From IMG/VR virus record IMGVR_UViG_3300022752_000084, positions 1 to 56,730 of that record: DNA of 56,730 nucleotides. One strand, 5' to 3'. A model generated the notes under the pieces. That model made no database searches. It was not told where the DNA came from and was given only the letters and a program-made list of their open reading frames with translations. A program made the translations under genes and the position numbers. This document shows, in pieces, positions 8,160 to 17,446 of the stretch; position 1 is the stretch's first letter, and each line of letters begins with the position of its first letter. The stretch comes from a virus (lineage: Duplodnaviria > Caudoviricetes).

Positions 8160-9359
8160 ATGAACTCTTATCTTCTTTCTTGCTCAATTTCGGCGAACGT
8201 CAGACAATCAATTCAAATCAAATTTGATGATTTGAAATTGCCAGCTTCAGTTATCACGACGTTGGAACGACAAAACACTGTAAGCCTTCGACCAAATCTA
8301 TCTAACGCTCTTAAGGGAGAGTTAGATGATCTCCGTGTTTTACAGCGCGAATTGTACGACAACTATTGTTTACATTTTGGAGACACACATTTTGTAACAG
8401 CAAATTATTTTGATGGTGCGAATGATATTATTGCGAAAATTCGCGCACAAGCGGGAATTGCTAACGAAAAACTATACAAAATATGGGAACAAGAGTTTTC
8501 TAAGTGGAATCAAACAGTTGAAGATTTTCTTCGACCTCTGTTTCCTACAGACGAAGAATATAAACTTGCATGTGATGCTTACATGAGAGTTTTCCCGACT
8601 CAAGAAGAATACAGAAACCCAATTCGAGTTTTTGTTGTGGGTCCACTGCCGATTAGTTTAGAAGCCGTCTCAACACCTATTGAAGGCGACTCTTTTGATT
8701 CTGTATTAGCACATAGTAATTACATTAATACTAAAGAAGTACTTGATGCTGCTCACGCCAGTGCAGCTGATAGAGCTTTACAAATTAGTGCAGAACTTCT
8801 AGATGATTTAGATACACGAACTGTTACTAAGATTGGTCGGCAACAAACTGGCGGGGACAAGAAACGAGGTTCGTGGGAGATAACAGCATCGAAGCTCAAA
8901 TTAATTAGTGATTCAGTTCCTGGGTTTGAACATCTTTCCGAGTTAGCTGAAAAACTACTGCTTGCTGGTGCTGCAATTCAATCTTCTAACCGTACAGAAC
9001 GAGACCAAGGTGCAGTTACATTTCAAGAATTGCAAACAGAAATTCGTACAGAATTAGAATCTATTGTATCCACGCGGGACAAAACTAAAGGTTTGGAGAT
9101 GTTGCAGCAATCCTTGGCGCTTTCAAATACTTACAAGTCTTTATGTGACCGTATAAAGAAAGTTGAGAATTCGAACGCTCTAAACTTGTTAATTGCTGAA
9201 TCAAACATTGAACAGGATATTTATCGTCAACGCTCCAAACAGTTACATAAACTTATTTCACAAAGGAGGGAGTTGATTGGAGCTGCAGGAGAAAATCTCG
9301 ATACACTTATTTCAACAGTGGCTACCGCCGCTGAGGATTTTGAAACCCCTGATTTCTAA
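8160..9359 (+). CDS. DUF3150-like helical protein
   Basis: N-terminal pattern (L..LR..QRELY...C..FG..HFV...I..I.....L...WE.EF..W) resembles DUF3150; lies upstream of an AAA/VWA pair. Confidence 0.5.
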   Translation: MNSYLLSCSISANVRQSIQIKFDDLKLPASVITTLERQNTVSLRPNLSNALKGELDDLRVLQRELYDNYCLHFGDTHFVTANYFDGANDIIAKIRAQAGIANEKLYKIWEQEFSKWNQTVEDFLRPLFPTDEEYKLACDAYMRVFPTQEEYRNPIRVFVVGPLPISLEAVSTPIEGDSFDSVLAHSNYINTKEVLDAAHASAADRALQISAELLDDLDTRTVTKIGRQQTGGDKKRGSWEITASKLKLISDSVPGFEHLSELAEKLLLAGAAIQSSNRTERDQGAVTFQELQTEIRTELESIVSTRDKTKGLEMLQQSLALSNTYKSLCDRIKKVENSNALNLLIAESNIEQDIYRQRSKQLHKLISQRRELIGAAGENLDTLISTVATAAEDFETPDF

Positions 9360-9589
9360 TGAGTAGAACTCGTTACGCCCTCTGTTCAACAGAGGGTTAT
9401 CTTTCTGATATTGAAAATTACGTTAGCGATCCTGAAGAAGCTGTTACTTTCAGCTGCTTTGATGTCGCTGTTCAAAAACTCAATACTTTACAACCGTTAT
9501 TAAAAAACAGTTGTCGAGTTACTGAGGTACGCATTCCTTTTCCCCTTACAAAACCTTTTAGACTCGATGGCTACTCGAATAAGCACTAA
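9359..9589 (+). CDS. hypothetical protein
   Basis: TAATG coupling. Confidence 0.7.
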   Translation: MSRTRYALCSTEGYLSDIENYVSDPEEAVTFSCFDVAVQKLNTLQPLLKNSCRVTEVRIPFPLTKPFRLDGYSNKH

Positions 9590-10265
9590 GTTCTTTCAAA
9601 CAATAGATTTGAAGCTTCCGTTAGGTGTTACATCACCTACCACTGTTGATCTATACTATTCTAAACGCGCCAACACCTTAGGTGAATTTTTTATTAAACC
9701 TTTAGTTATTGTTTATGCCGATGGCTCCACGGTGGCGACAGAACTCTTCTCACGTTTTAGCTTTGCTTGCCCTCAAGACGCAATTGATGACTTACTGCAG
9801 TTTATAGAAGTGAACATCCCTACTAAACAAGTTACATTTAACGCTTATCGAAACGATGAAGAATTTAAATTTCCTATTCTCGCTAGCCAACTAAATAGTA
9901 TTTTTGAACCAGAGATTTTACAGCGTTCTTTAAATTATAAGAAATATTATTACGGTAAAGACGAAGTGACAGGCTATTGGTACTCTAAAAATTCTACAAC
10001 ACACTCTCTGAGTTTCGCTCCTTTTTATAAAGAAGAATCAATCCCTTCTACATTTGTTCCTACAGATGAAGTTAAGGACCGTATGTTTATGAACAAAATG
10101 TCAAAACTGCATGAAGCATATCATGAAAAGTTGTTAGAGATATTGCACAAATATGAGCTTGAGTGGACAATGACTTACAATCAAGTTTATAACGATCATC
10201 TTTCTTTTACTGATAGCTCGAATTTTGGCGACATTCAAGAGATTTTAAATAATTACAAACAATGA
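9567..10265 (+). CDS. hypothetical protein
   Basis: 232-aa ORF. Confidence 0.75.
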   Translation: MATRISTKFFQTIDLKLPLGVTSPTTVDLYYSKRANTLGEFFIKPLVIVYADGSTVATELFSRFSFACPQDAIDDLLQFIEVNIPTKQVTFNAYRNDEEFKFPILASQLNSIFEPEILQRSLNYKKYYYGKDEVTGYWYSKNSTTHSLSFAPFYKEESIPSTFVPTDEVKDRMFMNKMSKLHEAYHEKLLEILHKYELEWTMTYNQVYNDHLSFTDSSNFGDIQEILNNYKQ

Positions 10266-10266
10266 A

Positions 10267-10301
10267 CCTCCGCCCGGAGGCCGCTCACCAACTGCTATAA
10301 T
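10267..10301 (+). promoter_or_regulatory. extended -10 promoter with upstream hairpin
   Basis: CCTCCG-CC-CGGAGG hairpin, then TG-C-TATAAT (10293-10301); CATCA repeats in the leader. Confidence 0.7.
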
Positions 10302-10330
10302 CTACATCACATCACATCACATCATTCATC

Positions 10331-11521
10331 ATGAACGACACCCTCTTTGCCAAGCTTCAAAACTTTCGTGGTTCCCTCAACTCCTCATCACTCGAACGTG
10401 AGCATGTAATTGACGGCCTTCTCGCAACATTACTATCACAACAAAATGCTTTCCTCCTCGGAGCACCAGGAACCGGCAAATCTGATTTAGTGCGCACCAT
10501 CTGCAATGGTATTTCTGGTGCCAACTATTTTGGTTACTTACTCACACCCACGACGGATCCTTCGGAAATCTTTGGACCAGTCGCTGTAAGCAAACTATTA
10601 AATGACGAATATACCCGTGATGTTCAAGGGTATTTACCTGACGCACACATTGCTTTTACAGACGAACTATTTCGTGGTTCATCGGCAATTTTAAACTCAC
10701 TACTTACCCTGTTAAATGAACGAACTTTTAATAACGGCAAGGAAGTTATAAACACTCCGATTCAATCGATTGTTGCAGCAACAAACAGTTGGCCTGACGA
10801 AGAATCCTTGCAAGCATTTGCAGATAGATTTCTATTTCGACCAACAGTTGAATTCTTAAAAAAGCCTGCGTCTAAACGTTTATTAGATTCGTGGGCTGTG
10901 GGTAATGAAGAAAGACCAAAAGTTGGTGTTCACCTTACATTGCCAGAGCTTAAAGCCCTTCAACAGGAAGCTAAAAACATAAAAGTTTCTGAAGAGTTCT
11001 TAGATAAATTTGTGGAGTTATGGGAAATGTTGGCCGCGAGGGCAATCGTAATCAGTGATCGCCGTCGTGTTCAAATCCTCAAGTTTCTTAAAGCTTGGGC
11101 TGTTGTGCAGGGTGATGAAGAGCTTTATCCCGAACACATGCACAACTCCATGATTAACATTGTTTATCAAACTCAAGAGGATCAAGAAACTATTGCGGAA
11201 GTCTTAGAGCACGTTGTACCGACAGCAAATCGAATGTTTGCTGATGCAAAACGAGCTGCTGCGGGGATTATGACAGAATATCATGTTTGCTCTACTAAAC
11301 AAAAATCTAAACAAGGTATTGCTGAGCTTAACGAATTCGTCGGCAACCTACGGAAATATCATAAAGATATGCAAACCGTAAAAAATAAAGTTGCAGAAAT
11401 TTTGGACACTTCTAAATTTAGAATGAATATCCTAGACAGAACGCAAGGCGTAAAGCTAGAACAACAACTGCAAAACTATTTAGATACGTTAGCTATTGCC
11501 ATTTCAGACTTCTCTAAGTAA
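10331..11521 (+). CDS. MoxR/RavA-like AAA+ ATPase
   Basis: Walker A GAPGTGKS, Walker B AFTDELFR, LNSLLTLLNER, AATN, DRF. Confidence 0.92.
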   Translation: MNDTLFAKLQNFRGSLNSSSLEREHVIDGLLATLLSQQNAFLLGAPGTGKSDLVRTICNGISGANYFGYLLTPTTDPSEIFGPVAVSKLLNDEYTRDVQGYLPDAHIAFTDELFRGSSAILNSLLTLLNERTFNNGKEVINTPIQSIVAATNSWPDEESLQAFADRFLFRPTVEFLKKPASKRLLDSWAVGNEERPKVGVHLTLPELKALQQEAKNIKVSEEFLDKFVELWEMLAARAIVISDRRRVQILKFLKAWAVVQGDEELYPEHMHNSMINIVYQTQEDQETIAEVLEHVVPTANRMFADAKRAAAGIMTEYHVCSTKQKSKQGIAELNEFVGNLRKYHKDMQTVKNKVAEILDTSKFRMNILDRTQGVKLEQQLQNYLDTLAIAISDFSK

Positions 11522-11545
11522 AATAAAGCGCATCTAAACAATTGT

Positions 11546-11725
11546 ATGCCTGAAACACAAGAAACTCTACTTGCAATCCGCACCGAGCTGGCGACATTTC
11601 TCGAAGCTGTCGAAGAGATAAAACCTTCGCAAGCTTTTGACCCTTTGGTCAAACTTTTAATCAGCTTAGATCGTAAAATCATTGATTCCAAAAAACATGA
11701 ACACCAACTTCAACAAAACCTCTGA
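11546..11725 (+). CDS. small hypothetical protein, 59 aa
   Basis: Manual translation MPETQETLLAIRTELATF...; fills the AAA-VWA gap. Confidence 0.55.
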   Translation: MPETQETLLAIRTELATFLEAVEEIKPSQAFDPLVKLLISLDRKIIDSKKHEHQLQQNL

Positions 11726-13253
11726 GTTTATTCGGCTTACACACAACGCTCCGTTAACCCTGACTTGTTCTGCACTAGCTGATTTCCTGTGGGAAGATTT
11801 TATTCGTGAGACCCGCTCCTCTGTCTCTTACATTTCAAACACACACAATATCACACAGATCTCTAGATTCGGTAAAGAACTTTTTGAACGACTTTATCAA
11901 GGTGACTCAGTTACTTGGTTAGTAAGTCTTGAAGATTACGAAGACTATTTTCGAGCAAAACAAGATGGTAGCCCCACGGCAATTTTAAAAAATTATAAGC
12001 CTGAGAATGCGTTTTGGTATTTGGTGATGAGTGCATTATCTAGTGCTTCCGCATGGACTCAGTTATTACAAAATAGTGTTGGTAATCAATTTAACGCAGG
12101 AAATAACGCCGTTAGAATCCTTAATGATTTGGCTGACTTTGTTAGAGAATTGATAGAGGATAATCAAATTGATGTAGATACACTGCTAAAAGCAGGAGAA
12201 AAACTTGAGAGTTTACGAGAAAAGTTCAAACAGGCAAAAGCAAATGGTGACGATAAAGGTGCAGAGGCTGCGCGAGCAGAGGGAAAAGCCGTTGCCCAAA
12301 CAATTCAAAATCAATTGGAACTTTTAAAAGCTTCAGTAGAGGCAGAGGTAAATAATGCGGTAGATGACGCTTTACGTACATCTAAAAATGAAAACGATGC
12401 GTTAGAGACTCTTTGGGGGACTACAGAGGGGGAGGGCTTTCACACGCAAGACTTACAAACGAAAAAAGAATTAGCGGCTAAGTTACAAAAAAATAACACA
12501 CTGAAACAAGTTGCTAAACAATTAGGGTTTTTAAAAAGAATTTGGACAGAAAGAAAACGTGCGAAAAGATCACGAGCAAACTATGAGGCGATTAACGGAG
12601 CCTGCTTTAGTAACGACATTACAAAAGCATTTCCCTTGGAACTTGCACTCGCAGGAACAGAAAAGGGCCGCGCATTATTTGCTCTTAAGCACATGCACAA
12701 AACTATACTCACTAAAGACTATGAGGCGCATAGAAAGGATCTGGGCCGAGGTCCAATAATTCTATATGTGGATACCTCAGGATCAATGTCGGGCAGCTTT
12801 GATATTTGGGCAAAGGCCATAACAATGACTATTGCGGCCCACGCGGGCAAAGATTCCAGGGATGTACATGTACACCTTTTTGACAATCGTGTCGGTGATT
12901 CTTGTATTTTAAAACATAAGAATAATAATCTTGTTCTTATAGATTTTATCTCTTCGTGGCGATTGGGCGGCGGCACTTCGTTTAACGCTGTGCTACTTCA
13001 TGCGCTGACTGCTCTTAAAGATTTCAAAAATGCTGATGTCCTTATGATTACCGATGGTTTTTCGTCATTAGACGCCCACTTGGTTACCAAATTAAATAAA
13101 CACAAAGAAACCGAAGGGTTTCAATGGACGACTTTATGCTTGGGTAGCTCACCTGTTCATACTTTGCACGACTTTTCAGATTTTGTTTACTCGGTGGATA
13201 TTTCAAATCCCGACGAAACAATTGACACTATTCAAAAATCTATAAGAGTGTAA
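11697..13253 (+). CDS. ViaA-like von Willebrand A domain protein
   Basis: MIDAS DTSGSM, GGTSF, ITDG; adjacent to the RavA-like ATPase. Confidence 0.9.
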   Translation: MNTNFNKTSEFIRLTHNAPLTLTCSALADFLWEDFIRETRSSVSYISNTHNITQISRFGKELFERLYQGDSVTWLVSLEDYEDYFRAKQDGSPTAILKNYKPENAFWYLVMSALSSASAWTQLLQNSVGNQFNAGNNAVRILNDLADFVRELIEDNQIDVDTLLKAGEKLESLREKFKQAKANGDDKGAEAARAEGKAVAQTIQNQLELLKASVEAEVNNAVDDALRTSKNENDALETLWGTTEGEGFHTQDLQTKKELAAKLQKNNTLKQVAKQLGFLKRIWTERKRAKRSRANYEAINGACFSNDITKAFPLELALAGTEKGRALFALKHMHKTILTKDYEAHRKDLGRGPIILYVDTSGSMSGSFDIWAKAITMTIAAHAGKDSRDVHVHLFDNRVGDSCILKHKNNNLVLIDFISSWRLGGGTSFNAVLLHALTALKDFKNADVLMITDGFSSLDAHLVTKLNKHKETEGFQWTTLCLGSSPVHTLHDFSDFVYSVDISNPDETIDTIQKSIRV

Positions 13254-13255
13254 TC

Positions 13256-13441
13256 ATGAAAGCAAAAAATTATCGAATTTTAACGCTGGCTGTTGAAGAA
13301 GGTGTGCGCTACGGTATTTCGCGATCAAAAAAATACGATCCTGATCCACCGGAAGAGGTTGTTATTGATACGCTGACCGACGCAGTGATGAGCCACATTT
13401 TGGAGTATTTTAGTTTCAACGAAAATGAGATTACCGATTAA
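13256..13441 (+). CDS. small conserved phage protein
   Basis: AVEEGVRYG..R..K...P...EYFSF pattern. Confidence 0.7.
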   Translation: MKAKNYRILTLAVEEGVRYGISRSKKYDPDPPEEVVIDTLTDAVMSHILEYFSFNENEITD

Positions 13442-13443
13442 TT

Positions 13444-13614
13444 CTATATACAATCACTTTTATTCTTAATCGACCGCACAAATAATTCTGTAAAAAGTTC
13501 CATCTTTTGTGCACAAACTGCATGGGGATAATAACTAATTGCATTTTTTAAACTAACTAATTCTTCCCGTTCATCCGCTGTTAGCCTTTCGTCGTTGTGG
13601 GTAGTTACCGTCAT
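13444..13614 (-). CDS. small hypothetical protein, 56 aa (not in ORF track)
   Basis: MTVTTHNDERLTADEREELVSLKNAI...KMELFTELFVRS; pattern recalled from cyanophage small ORFs. Confidence 0.6.
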   Translation of the reverse strand: MTVTTHNDERLTADEREELVSLKNAISYYPHAVCAQKMELFTELFVRSIKNKSDCI

Positions 13615-13720
13615 TAAGCTTTATCTTCTATCTCTATGTTAGCGTTTCAAAAAAGGAACCTCGTTAATGTAAACCATGCTCTAAAGAAAAGCAAGTGCGG
13701 ACTATGCGGGTTTCCGTACT

Positions 13721-16705
13721 TCATCGCCCAAATAACAATTCAGATAAACCGAACTCTCCTTTTGTAGGATTAAACCTTTCCTTAACCAGGTCGGCCCGAC
13801 GTTGCAATTCGTTGCGGTTTTGTCTGCGAATCATTTCCATCTTACTTTGATCGGATAAAGATTTGATTTCAGCAGTTAGTGGTTGATTTGGTAACGGTGT
13901 CTTGCTTGCAACTCCACTTCTTGGCGCCATACCAATAAGCTGCCGTACTTTGGGTACTATACCTTCGCCAGTTTCTTGGCGAACAACTTCATTTGCAGCT
14001 CTGGCAGCAGCCGACCCAATAAACCCTAAGCCCACGCCGGGTGCCGCTGGTGCTAATACAGGAGTGGATAAAGCTGCAGCAAAAGCTGCTCCCGTAGGTA
14101 AACTTTCAATAAATTCACGACCCATTTGTTTACCCATCGCAGCAGGCCCCTGCTTATATCCTGTTTGAATTGCTTCTGGACTGGGGATTAAATCTGCAGC
14201 TCCTGGCAATAGAGAAGCTGGTGTTCTTTTAATTGCGCGGCCCATCTCAAGCGCTCCCGCAGCAGCGCCCATTACTGGATCAACTGCATAGTAAGTCTTG
14301 TTACTCGGTAAACTACTTTGGTTGACTTTTGCTTGACCCCCGCTAAAGCTCAATTGTCCTCGAATTGGTGTCTCAGCAGGTTTCAGCTGTAGTGGAATTA
14401 CTTTTCCTTCTTTATTTATATATGCATATTGGGATTTCTCAGTACCTTGCATTGGTCCAAAACCGCCACGCTGATAGGCCACTCCTCTTTTATTTGCTGG
14501 AGTTCCAATAACCTCTTGTTGTTTACGGAAAGTTGAACTGGCGTCTCTTTTTCTTTCGGCGGCCTCCTCCAAATCAAACTCCTGTAAAGGTTTATTCACT
14601 ACCAAAGTTCCGGGAGGCATTCCAGCCAACGCATTTTTAGAAACAAATTCTGTGAATGCTTTAGAAACAGCCGGTGGTAAATCTTTGGCATCGTAAGTAA
14701 ATCTATTTTCATCAGGAGAAAGTGTTTGAAAACTTATTGAGGACGTCCCTAAAATAGGATTTTTCGCGAAAAACTTTAAAGCATTTTCTGAAATATCGCC
14801 GGAGATCTCAGTAGAGTCAGCTATTGAAGGCATCATAGGCGGAGAATTAGCTATATTTAGTCCATATATTTCACCAATATCATCTATTTTTGCTGGAGTG
14901 ACTTCATCCGTATCTGGATTGTACCTCACATATAATTGCGTAGGGTTATCTACACTTTGGGTATACTTATCGAAAAGCCTGTTCTTAGCTTGAGGCGATA
15001 AATCGTTAAAGGCTTTTTTAAAAACGCGAGCGCGGTCGTCAATCCGACTCATTAATTCTCTTGCTTCTGGATCATCCCGCCCCACATATTTACCTCCTCC
15101 AATCAAAGGTCTGACCGTGGATGCAGCTTGTGATGAAACCCTACTTAATTTTTCAACCGCTTCGGGATTTAACTGACTTAAACGTTCGATAGCTCTCTGC
15201 TGCCGCTCCGTACTTCCGCTAGTGTAATCAAACTCTATTCCAGCTAGCTCATACTGAGGTATCCCACCTTCTGTCATCAAGCTGTTATAAATAGCAGCCC
15301 GATCTTTTGGATCAGATATTTGTTGAACTGAATCTATAAACTTTGAATACTTAGAAATCTCTTCTTTACCTCCCACGGGGGCTGTTGTTCTAGGTGCATT
15401 TGATAACAAAGGAATCATTTCAGGATACTGTTTTAATGCCTTTTCGAGTCGATTGATTGCTTCTTGATCTACGCTCTCCATCACCTTTTCTTGTAGTTCA
15501 GGTATAACTAATTGTCCAGTTCTACGAGAACGTTGTTCTAAATCACCAAGCGTATTGCGCATCTCTGCTGGAGAGTAATCCAACGATCTTCGCATTCTTT
15601 CAGCATCGTCAGGTGTTTCCCAACGCCGCAGAAAGTTTAACCTAGAAGGTCCTGCAATAAAATTTGGTTGATCAACATCTGGCGGTGTGGGAATACCCGT
15701 ATCAAACATTGTTGATTGTCGATCTCCCTCAACCGCTCTCGTGATTGCGTCGACAATCTCGCCACCACGAGGAGACTCTCTAATTTCGGGAAGTACTTGA
15801 TTGACTCGTTGCTCGCGACGTCTAGAATTGGCGTTTCGTACTATTGCATTTAGGTCTCGACCCAAAGTAACTAATCTATTATTATTCGCTATATAATCCT
15901 CAAACGAAGCTGGTGGGCGATCTATTAATCTCGCTGCCTCTGTCACCAGTTTTTCTCGGGGGTCGATTTCATCAACAAAATTTAATCTTTGTTGTTCAAT
16001 TCCCGGAGAAAAAGGTACTTTTAATGCAGCAGCGGAACTTGCTATGTCACGACTTCTCGTTTGAAAGTCCCTCTGCTGCTGCTGAACAAAACTAACTTCG
16101 TCTCGTAGTTCACGGCTTATTTGATTTACAGGTGCGTATAAATCTGCAATCGAAGGGGCGTTGGGTTGCCCACGTCCGATTCGGTTTATCTCGTCAAGAA
16201 TTTGCCTTCTTTCATCACCTTCAAAACCTTCATAAATATCTGAAGTACCAGCACCCCTTTCAAGAGCCGTTCTAATCAGATTTATTTCATCAGCAGGAGC
16301 ACGGGAAAACCCTTCATATATACTTTGAGTAGTTTCAGGCGATACTATACGGCTATTTAAAAAATCAAGAGCTTGATTTGGTTGTGATGCAGCAATGTTT
16401 GCGAGGTCAAATTCATCTAAATCTGAATCTATATCTGAACCTCGAAACGGAATCGCGTCACGAAAATCCTCTATGTCGGCATTACTCCTAAGTTCCTCAG
16501 AACCTTCAGGGAAATAATCATCAGACCATTGTTGATTATCGTAAAGAGCCTCGTCTAAATCACCTTCATTAAGTGCCTCATTAAAAATATATCTTCTTGC
16601 TCTATTCTGGTCATATCTGTTTGGACTTCGCCTTTCCTGTTCAACTTTGCCCTGAACCCTTTGCAAATCCTCAAAAGTTACAGGTCTTATAGGTACAGGA
16701 GGCAC
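13721..16705 (-). CDS. large orphan protein, possible internal virion/ejection protein
   Basis: 994-aa ORF, no Cys, charged N-terminus, Ala/Gly-rich hydrophobic C-terminal segment; TACTAT -10 at 16727-16732. Confidence 0.6.
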   Translation of the reverse strand: MPPVPIRPVTFEDLQRVQGKVEQERRSPNRYDQNRARRYIFNEALNEGDLDEALYDNQQWSDDYFPEGSEELRSNADIEDFRDAIPFRGSDIDSDLDEFDLANIAASQPNQALDFLNSRIVSPETTQSIYEGFSRAPADEINLIRTALERGAGTSDIYEGFEGDERRQILDEINRIGRGQPNAPSIADLYAPVNQISRELRDEVSFVQQQQRDFQTRSRDIASSAAALKVPFSPGIEQQRLNFVDEIDPREKLVTEAARLIDRPPASFEDYIANNNRLVTLGRDLNAIVRNANSRRREQRVNQVLPEIRESPRGGEIVDAITRAVEGDRQSTMFDTGIPTPPDVDQPNFIAGPSRLNFLRRWETPDDAERMRRSLDYSPAEMRNTLGDLEQRSRRTGQLVIPELQEKVMESVDQEAINRLEKALKQYPEMIPLLSNAPRTTAPVGGKEEISKYSKFIDSVQQISDPKDRAAIYNSLMTEGGIPQYELAGIEFDYTSGSTERQQRAIERLSQLNPEAVEKLSRVSSQAASTVRPLIGGGKYVGRDDPEARELMSRIDDRARVFKKAFNDLSPQAKNRLFDKYTQSVDNPTQLYVRYNPDTDEVTPAKIDDIGEIYGLNIANSPPMMPSIADSTEISGDISENALKFFAKNPILGTSSISFQTLSPDENRFTYDAKDLPPAVSKAFTEFVSKNALAGMPPGTLVVNKPLQEFDLEEAAERKRDASSTFRKQQEVIGTPANKRGVAYQRGGFGPMQGTEKSQYAYINKEGKVIPLQLKPAETPIRGQLSFSGGQAKVNQSSLPSNKTYYAVDPVMGAAAGALEMGRAIKRTPASLLPGAADLIPSPEAIQTGYKQGPAAMGKQMGREFIESLPTGAAFAAALSTPVLAPAAPGVGLGFIGSAAARAANEVVRQETGEGIVPKVRQLIGMAPRSGVASKTPLPNQPLTAEIKSLSDQSKMEMIRRQNRNELQRRADLVKERFNPTKGEFGLSELLFGR

Positions 16706-16813
16706 GACTATCGTTTCGCTTCTTAAATAGTAGCAGCAATTGCCCGTCGGTTAACCACACTTGCTTTTTCGACCTGCTAGCTTTACTGTACTTTTGCATT
16801 ACTTTTTAATCAC

Positions 16814-17185
16814 ATGAACAACTCCATGCTCATCATTCAACTTTATAAATATGCAGGAACCTGGGCCTTCACAGACGAAGCTCGTGACCTAACGCACGAA
16901 CCTTTTGTACTAGGCATCCCTGAAATTATTGACAAAATTTTAGAAGATAACGGTATAGTTTCAGAGCAACCTAAGATTCTATTTTCAGCTAAACCCTTTC
17001 CTTATCATCAAGGCTACCTTCATTATACAAACTTTGAAGCTGACGGGGTTTGGTATAAATTATTCTCGACAACTAGCGGAGAAGAAAAGTATGTAGACAA
17101 AAATCTAATTGGTTGGCTTTGTCCTGCGACTCTAAAATACTTCCCAGTACATCCCGAATACATTTACTTTAAACTCGAAGCTTAA
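16814..17185 (+). CDS. DUF6717-like protein
   Basis: YKYAGTWAFTD...EPFVLG..EIID...FSAKPFP...GWLCPATLKYF...P. Confidence 0.7.
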   Translation: MNNSMLIIQLYKYAGTWAFTDEARDLTHEPFVLGIPEIIDKILEDNGIVSEQPKILFSAKPFPYHQGYLHYTNFEADGVWYKLFSTTSGEEKYVDKNLIGWLCPATLKYFPVHPEYIYFKLEA

Positions 17186-17239
17186 CCACGCGGATCAGCA
17201 GTCGATGGCGTCGGCAAATTTGGGTAGGGTTTTGAGATG
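17178..17239 (-). pseudogene. 3' remnant of a tail-fibre chaperone gene plus conserved cassette arm A
   Basis: 17178-17212 is identical (35 nt) to 40656-40690; 17195-17239 encodes HLKTLPKFADAIDC* versus HLKTLPEFKDAIDC* in 40673-40939. Confidence 0.85.
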
Positions 17240-17257
17240 GAGGTGAAAAAGGTTATT

Positions 17258-17440
17258 TCATGTGATTGCATTAAGTTGCTCTTCGGTAGGTTGCGGCAAA
17301 GTCGGGTGTGTCCATTTGGCAATATACTCACCTCTTTCGTCATGGTCGTTCCTAAGAATGATATGGCGAGGTGGGCAATAATCCGCGTGAGTCAAAGATG
17401 GGTAGATCTCACGAATCTTTTGATCAAGGGTTTTTTCCAT
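17258..17440 (-). CDS. XkdW-like tail fibre assembly protein
   Basis: IYPSL...I.LRND.D.RGEYIAKWTHPTLPQPTEEQL. Confidence 0.75.
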   Translation of the reverse strand: MEKTLDQKIREIYPSLTHADYCPPRHIILRNDHDERGEYIAKWTHPTLPQPTEEQLNAIT

Positions 17441-17446
17441 GGTTAA

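Noticed and set aside
17195-17260. Stop-codon read-through fusing the XkdW-like ORF to the in-frame HLKTLPKFADAIDC remnant
   Set aside because: The frame does match, but that has a 1 in 3 chance and no read-through signal is evident.
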